Source: an uncultured Deinococcales bacterium (lineage in GTDB: Bacteria; Deinococcota; Deinococci; Deinococcales; JAAFIG01). From it: DNA of 23,350 nucleotides. Shown in pieces: positions 17,938-23,350 of this stretch (within the stretch, counting starts at the first letter, position 1; the number at the start of each line of letters is the position of its first letter). Under the pieces are notes generated by a model. That model saw only the letters and a program-made list of their open reading frames with translations, did no database searches and was not told where the DNA came from. The translations under genes and the position numbers were made by a program. Location of the stretch: assembly GCA_964247135.1 (NCBI GenBank), contig CAXTTL010000026.1, positions 8,474 through 31,823 on the forward strand, read 5' to 3'.

Positions 17938-20829
17938 TTAGAATGTTGGAACAACGACGCTGCACGTACCAAAAGCCGCCGCTGCCGTTGGTAATACTGG
18001 TGACAGACTGACTTTTGCACTGTTGTTGGGAAGATTACTTTGTGGCGCATTGACCAACCAAAGGTTTAAGCCTGACAAATCATTAACAGTTCCACTTAAA
18101 CCATTCAATCCGAAAGTATTGCTGCCTGACGGTGGAAGAACGCGGCGGAATCGGTAATTGAATCCAGCAACGGTGTAATTCACATTGTTGCCAACCTCGC
18201 TCAAGCAAACGGTTGCCCCCGATTTACCGCTGACACCACTTTGGATGCTGATGCCGTTGCCAGCCAGTGGATCGGCACTGTTGATAATGTTGTTGGTAAT
18301 GGTGGCTTGCAAATTCGCGCTTGAAACAGTGTTTGCAGGGACTGTGGTGCCGCCAGCAAACATCGTAATGCCATTGCCTTCCATGTCAACCATGTTGTTG
18401 CTGTCAATCACGGCTTGGACGGTTGAAGCTTCATTGATACGCACGTCAATACCAAAGCTTGCGCCCGTATTTGCGTTTTCATTGAAATCCATGGTGTTGC
18501 CCTTGATGCGTAACTTATGGGTTTGTGTCGGAGATTCGGCTTGAAGCCTAAAACCAGTGCCGTCAATGCTCACCAATTGAACGTAATTGTCGTCCAAGGT
18601 TGTCTTGGTTGCGCCACTCGAGAAGTACGTCGCGTTGATGGCACGAACTTGATTTTCGCGGAAGCTGGTTTTTTGCACCGAAAGGTTCATGGTCGCGCTC
18701 GAGCCGCTGGCTGTGGTCGCTTGAATACCCTCTGAATCACCGCTTTGCACCCGAGAAGCCACGGTTGCGCCGTTGCCCGCGTTGACCGCCACCGTGCCGA
18801 CCACTTCTAGGGTGTTGCTCGAGCTTCCGCTACCAACATATAAAATACCTGCGTTGGCGGTGGTCGTTGAAGTGCTCACGGTTGAAACAGTCACATCCTC
18901 GAGATGCAAGAGGTTTGTACCGGTGTTGGCGCTGGCGTCCACACCTTCGTTGGCTGGGCTGGTGATCTGCATGTTCTTTAACGTGACCGTACCAAATTGG
19001 GTGGTCAAGTTCACGCCATCGCCCGTATTGGTGGTCAAAACACCGCCGCTACCCGCCGTTGTACCAGTGCCAGTCACGCTAAAAGTGCCTGCGGTGTTGG
19101 CAAGTTGAATGCCGTTCACGCCGCCGCTCGAGTTGACTTTGGTTAAATTCACTGCCAGTGTGCCGCCCGTTAAGTTGACGGCTTGGGCTGCACCCGCCGC
19201 CACACTCGCGCTCGAGACGGTCAACGTGCCGCCAACCGTGCCTGAAATGCCGCCAACGGTCAAACCAGAAATCGTGTTGTTGCCAGCGACCGTGATTGGG
19301 CTGGTCATGGTTGGGGCTGTACCCGCCCCTTGCAAGGTGTTCGCACCGACCACCAGTGCCACACCCGAACCAATCAATTGTTGATTGTTCTTCAACGTGA
19401 AGCCTGCGCCGCCCGTGCTGCCATTTTTAACGTAAATATAATCTCCAGCCGATCCGGTGGCGAGGCTGGCATTGACACTCGCAAGACTTTGGAAAGGCGT
19501 GATGCTGCGACCATCGCCACCAGCCGCCGCGCTCGAGTCCACATACCAAACCATGTTCGACACCGAAACGGGGGCTTTTAAAGCTGGGGCGCTGCAACCC
19601 GCCACGCTGTAACTGAAGCTGTCATTGATTCTCGAGTCCACTTTGGGCGTGAAGTTGAACGAGCCGTCGCTGGCAATCGCAAGGTTTCCGCCGTTGGTGC
19701 TGCTCGAGCCACCCGCTGCCGAACCAAGTGCCGTACCGTCCAAGGTGGCATATTTACTCAACAAACCAGTGGCAGCATTGATCGACAATTGCGTGTTACC
19801 CGTCGCCGCAAAATTAAACGCGGTGTTGTCCGTGATTTTCAGGTTCCCGCCCAGGTAAGCCAGCACGCTGGCGACCCCCACCGTTTTGGCGCCAGGAATA
19901 AACACGCCGTTGTTGGCGGCATAACTCGAGCCACACAAGTACCGAACCTCAGTCGCACCCAAAGCCGTGGCTCGAGCACCCGCGCCAGAAGAGGCTTGCT
20001 CTTCGAGGCTTTCGGTCACGCGGGTCACGTTGTCGGCAAAAATCAGGAAGGTTTCAGAGTAACGGTAAGCGCTGTTGTTACCAGCATCACCCGTTTGTGG
20101 TACCTGCAAACCGATGGTCACGCTGTTGTTGTTTGTGCCGTGCACGATGCTCCGACCATTGCTGGCGTTTCGGGCAACATAACCATAAGACAAAACGCCC
20201 TCGCCTGTAATGGCACCAGCGTTAATCAAAGTGCCCTGAGCGTCAGTTTCGATGGTGCTGGTCTCGCTGGGCGTAAAAACCTGCATGTCGGCATGGGTAT
20301 CATCGACAATGAAACCGCCAATTCCGTCTGACTTCATGCCGTGCGCGGGTTTGAGTTGTAACGCCCAGGTGGCGGCGTTGCTCGAGCCGCCACCAAAATC
20401 TTGAATGTTGGTAAACGCACTGCCGCCCACGTTCTCAGACCCAACAACGCTGCGCCTGTGGTACGCGATCAAGGTCACATTGCTGTAATCGGTGGTGGCA
20501 TTCAGGTTCTCGAGGCTAAATTGCGCCGTCAAAAAACGGCTTGTGCCTGCTGTTGGGGTCTGGGCTTGAAGGGGTGCTTTGACAAATTTAAAATCCGTCT
20601 CGGCAGGAAAACTGGTGACTCGGGTTTGACGGTCAACATGCGCCGTGGCGGTTTTCGCGCTCGAGTCAAAATCAATCGTCACCGAACCGAGCATGGTGGG
20701 CTTGAACGCCACCGGTGCGGGTTTGGGTGGGTTTTGCGGTGTTGGTGGTGTGACCTCTGCTTGGGGTTGACCGCAAGCCATCAGAATGCTGACAAGCAGC
20801 AACCCTGTCCATCCCAGACGGGTTTTCAT
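17938..20829 (-). CDS. Large surface lipoprotein: shared N-terminal domain, Ig/cadherin-like domain, right-handed beta-helix (adhesin-like)
   Basis: Lipobox LMAC (Cys19); GGNLAIASDGSFNFTP..DSFSYSV (Ig-like); VWYVDSSAAAGGDG...PF..GDYIYV followed by G/T/N/S-rich beta-helix repeats. RBS AGGAG. Confidence 0.88.
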   Translation of the reverse strand: MKTRLGWTGLLLVSILMACGQPQAEVTPPTPQNPPKPAPVAFKPTMLGSVTIDFDSSAKTATAHVDRQTRVTSFPAETDFKFVKAPLQAQTPTAGTSRFLTAQFSLENLNATTDYSNVTLIAYHRRSVVGSENVGGSAFTNIQDFGGGSSNAATWALQLKPAHGMKSDGIGGFIVDDTHADMQVFTPSETSTIETDAQGTLINAGAITGEGVLSYGYVARNASNGRSIVHGTNNNSVTIGLQVPQTGDAGNNSAYRYSETFLIFADNVTRVTESLEEQASSGAGARATALGATEVRYLCGSSYAANNGVFIPGAKTVGVASVLAYLGGNLKITDNTAFNFAATGNTQLSINAATGLLSKYATLDGTALGSAAGGSSSTNGGNLAIASDGSFNFTPKVDSRINDSFSYSVAGCSAPALKAPVSVSNMVWYVDSSAAAGGDGRSITPFQSLASVNASLATGSAGDYIYVKNGSTGGAGFTLKNNQQLIGSGVALVVGANTLQGAGTAPTMTSPITVAGNNTISGLTVGGISGTVGGTLTVSSASVAAGAAQAVNLTGGTLAVNLTKVNSSGGVNGIQLANTAGTFSVTGTGTTAGSGGVLTTNTGDGVNLTTQFGTVTLKNMQITSPANEGVDASANTGTNLLHLEDVTVSTVSTSTTTANAGILYVGSGSSSNTLEVVGTVAVNAGNGATVASRVQSGDSEGIQATTASGSSATMNLSVQKTSFRENQVRAINATYFSSGATKTTLDDNYVQLVSIDGTGFRLQAESPTQTHKLRIKGNTMDFNENANTGASFGIDVRINEASTVQAVIDSNNMVDMEGNGITMFAGGTTVPANTVSSANLQATITNNIINSADPLAGNGISIQSGVSGKSGATVCLSEVGNNVNYTVAGFNYRFRRVLPPSGSNTFGLNGLSGTVNDLSGLNLWLVNAPQSNLPNNSAKVSLSPVLPTAAAAFGTCSVVVPTF

Positions 20830-21017
20830 TTTAGCTCCTGAAATTCGAGTGGATTTTGCAATTCGAGTGGATTTGGGACCAGACTGCCGCCAATCGACAA
20901 AATCACTCCCGTCAAACTCAAATACTGGTGCTGCTCGAGGGAAGGCGTTTGGTACTGTTGTTTTTGACGCTCGAGTTGCGGGTTGGTTGTTCGTTCTTGG
21001 GGTTGCGGTTTGGTCAT
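20826..21017 (-). CDS. 63-aa peptide with a RiPP-leader-like motif, translationally coupled to the lipoprotein
   Basis: Purine-rich RBS (AAGGGAAGG) before ATG 21017; ATGA overlap with the 963-aa gene; YQTPSLEQHQYLSLTG motif; two CTCGAG in the host-typical Leu-Glu frame. Confidence 0.7.
   Translation of the reverse strand: MTKPQPQERTTNPQLERQKQQYQTPSLEQHQYLSLTGVILSIGGSLVPNPLELQNPLEFQELK
20842..20874. repeat. 18-bp-period tandem repeat encoding NPLELQ/NPLEFQ
   Basis: AATTCGAGTGGATTT at 20842 and 20860. Confidence 0.85.
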
Positions 21018-21351
21018 GTTCTTACCTTCCCTTTCCATATTCGTATGCTTGTTGAAGGCAACTAACAAATGAGACATCTGGTGGCGCTGGGTTCAAAAAA
21101 CTTTTTCTCGCCTATGAATCATAAGAATCTAGCGTCATTTTGCCGTCACATGTGAAGTCTATCCAAGCCAAATGACTGTTTTCTTTCGTTTTCCAATGAG
21201 GAAATTGAGTTAGATCAGGTTATACCATTGTTTGCAAAAAAGCTTGTTCTTTTTCGTCACCGTCAAGCTTTTCAAGGAAAGTATTGCGCACCCCACAAAA
21301 CCTCTTCGCACAATCTACGAATTTCATGGAACCAATCTGCACAACGGGACG

Positions 21352-21357
21352 TAAACT
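21352..21357 (+). promoter_or_regulatory. Putative -10 box (TAAACT), leaderless ABC transporter transcript
   Basis: TAAACT-6nt-ATG at 21364. Confidence 0.6.
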
Positions 21358-21363
21358 AAACTT

Positions 21364-22326
21364 ATGAGTCTTCTCGAGGTACAAAACCTAAGCAAAACCT
21401 ACGGCACACGAAAAAGCGTGGACAACATCAGTTTTTCATTAAACGCTGGCGAAATCGTCGGTTTTTTGGGACCCAACGGCGCGGGCAAAACCACCACCAT
21501 GCGCATGATCGCAGGTTTGATCCGCCCAACGTCGGGCAGTGTCAATTTGCTGGGCAGTACCGTCCCAGGCAACACCCTGCGCGACATGGGCGCGATGATC
21601 GAAGAACCCAGCTTTTACCCGTACCTGTCCGGGCGCGAAAACCTTGACTACGCCGCCGGAATGCACGGCGGCATCTCGAGAGGGCGCGTGACCGAAGTGC
21701 TGGAGATGGTGGGGTTAACCGCCAGGGCAACAGACCGCGTTTTTAAATACTCGCAAGGCATGAGGCAGCGCCTGGGACTGGCGAGGGCACTGTTGCCCAG
21801 CCCGAAACTTCTGATGCTCGACGAACCCGCCAACGGACTCGACCCCGAAGGCATCGCGGAACTGCGCAACATCATTGGGCACTTTGGCGAGCAAGGTATT
21901 GGCGTGCTGGTCAGCAGCCACATTTTAAGTGAAGTCGAACGTTTCGCCCCCAGAATTTTAATCATCAACAAAGGGCAACTCTTGCGCGACTCGAGTATCC
22001 ATGCCAGCGTGACCAACACCGAAGCCGAACTGACCTACCGCATCGAAACCGAACAAGCCGTGCAAGCCTTGGAAATCTTAAAACGCGAAACCTGGGTGTC
22101 TCGAGCGGATTTGCTGCCAACCGGCGTTCGCGTGGTCATCCCAAGGTCGGGCGCGTACCGCCTTGCGCCTTTGCTGGTGCAAGGCGGCATCAACCTGACC
22201 GAACTGGCGAAAGAAAGCGAAACCAGCCACGCAGGCGACCTCGAGAAACTGTATCTCGAGGTTGTGGGCGCACAAGCGCAAGCCCAGAACGGACAAGCAC
22301 AGAATGGAAGTGGCATCAATGCTTGA
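21364..22326 (+). CDS. ABC transporter ATP-binding protein (ABC-2/BcrA-like exporter type)
   Basis: GPNGAGKTT, IEEPSFYPYLSGRENL, YSQGMRQRLGLA, LDEPANGLDP, VSSHIL. Confidence 0.96.
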   Translation: MSLLEVQNLSKTYGTRKSVDNISFSLNAGEIVGFLGPNGAGKTTTMRMIAGLIRPTSGSVNLLGSTVPGNTLRDMGAMIEEPSFYPYLSGRENLDYAAGMHGGISRGRVTEVLEMVGLTARATDRVFKYSQGMRQRLGLARALLPSPKLLMLDEPANGLDPEGIAELRNIIGHFGEQGIGVLVSSHILSEVERFAPRILIINKGQLLRDSSIHASVTNTEAELTYRIETEQAVQALEILKRETWVSRADLLPTGVRVVIPRSGAYRLAPLLVQGGINLTELAKESETSHAGDLEKLYLEVVGAQAQAQNGQAQNGSGINA

Positions 22327-23239
22327 AATGATCAAAGCCGAGTTAACCAAGGCGTTGCGCAAAAAACGATTCTGGGTGCTTTTCGCCATCATCGCCGTGA
22401 TCGTGCCACTGGTGCAGGTCGTCAGCGCCGGATTTTTATCTGGACGCGTCTCGAGCGCCCTGGCACAAAGCGCGACCGTCACTCGAGCCATCTCTGAGAT
22501 TGCATCGCCGTATAGTTTGGCACGCAACCACGTTGGCGGCACACTGCAAGCTTTGCTGTACGTGCTGGCAGCCATTGTCGCCGTATTTATTATTGGCGAA
22601 GACCGTACTTACAAAATGTGGAAAACCATTCTGGTCGCGCAGCCAAATCGGTTAAAGGTCTTAAGCGCAAAATTTTTGTCGGGAATGCTGATTCTGCTGA
22701 TCATGATCGTGGGCGGCTTGGTTGGCGCATTGCTGTTTGGTTCGATCAGCATCGCGCTGGGGTATGCCACCACCTTCGCTGGCGATTGGGGCAACCTGCT
22801 CGGCATCAGCGCATTGCAATGGCTGGTCTTGGCGGCACCGCTCGCGCTGGGGTTTTTGATCAGTTGGCTCACCGTTTCACCCGCCATCGCTGTGATCGGC
22901 GTGGTGGTCCTGCCATCATTGGTCGAAGGTATCGTGACCGCCCTGACGGCACTGACCGTCAACCGAATCACACCCCTGACTGCCGCACTCGAGGCGCAAC
23001 GCATTCAACAAAATATGGAAACCATGCGCCATTACTTCTTCACGCCAAACGTTGGCATCGGCACAAGGTTGCTCGGTGATGCCATCAAAGGTTTTGGCAT
23101 TGGAAACTCGAGTAACACGGTCATTCCAGTCATGGATTGGAATCAAATTTGGGCTTCGGTTGGTATTGCCGCCGTGTACTTCGCGCTGTTTGCTGGTGTG
23201 CTGGTCTGGAATTTTACGACTCGAGACGTTCACGATTAA
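22319..23239 (+). CDS. ABC-2 type transporter permease
   Basis: MIKAELTK N-terminus, about 6 TM helices, IGEDRTYKMWKTIL..QPNR..VLSAK, C-terminal FTTRDV. Start ATG 22319 overlaps the end of the ATPase gene. Confidence 0.9.
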   Translation: MLEMIKAELTKALRKKRFWVLFAIIAVIVPLVQVVSAGFLSGRVSSALAQSATVTRAISEIASPYSLARNHVGGTLQALLYVLAAIVAVFIIGEDRTYKMWKTILVAQPNRLKVLSAKFLSGMLILLIMIVGGLVGALLFGSISIALGYATTFAGDWGNLLGISALQWLVLAAPLALGFLISWLTVSPAIAVIGVVVLPSLVEGIVTALTALTVNRITPLTAALEAQRIQQNMETMRHYFFTPNVGIGTRLLGDAIKGFGIGNSSNTVIPVMDWNQIWASVGIAAVYFALFAGVLVWNFTTRDVHD

Positions 23240-23350
23240 GAATGCCGTAAAATTCTTCCTTGCAGACACAAAAATCAGCAATCGTTTTCTCTGCTCTCAT
23301 CCCCAACCCTTCTTGGTTTCAAGACGCACCTGACGGGCGAAACCGCTTCT

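Noticed and set aside
20826-21017. Bona fide lasso peptide gene cluster
   Set aside because: No acidic residue at core positions 7-9 and no B/C maturation genes nearby; kept only as a leader-like motif
23330-23350. Possible start of another GC-rich hairpin or REP-like element (GACGGGCGAAACCGCTTCT)
   Set aside because: Truncated by the window end; cannot be evaluated

Overview
Bacterial chromosomal window, most likely Deinococcota. This is inferred from seven TAnnnT-type -10 boxes placed 6-7 nt before start codons (leaderless genes), Deinococcus-style lipoproteins and an extreme excess of CTCGAG (about 130 copies by manual count). Left part, housekeeping and signalling: a Pat-like GNAT, pgi, an orphan cheB, an unusual long recQ whose linkers contain in-frame copies of a 29-bp REP-like palindrome, and a small membrane ORF with a PAS-GGDEF diguanylate cyclase. 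Middle part, mostly exported proteins: histidine-phosphatase-like, YncE beta-propeller, YbhB/PEBP, ComEA-like HhH, polysaccharide deacetylase, fasciclin and an Ig-repeat lipoprotein. Right part, the best candidate for an undescribed system: a tightly coupled minus-strand operon (21017->14860) encoding a 63-aa peptide with a RiPP-leader-like YxxPxL...LTG motif, a 963-aa beta-helix surface lipoprotein, three paralogous phage tail-collar/HxH fibre proteins with no phage context, an orphan Tat-exported solute-binding-like protein and a GNAT. A convergent DUF6916-like gene and a divergent ABC-2 exporter flank it. The two large lipoproteins share an apparently unnamed domain of about 270 aa. All family assignments are from motif recognition by eye; no database searches were run.
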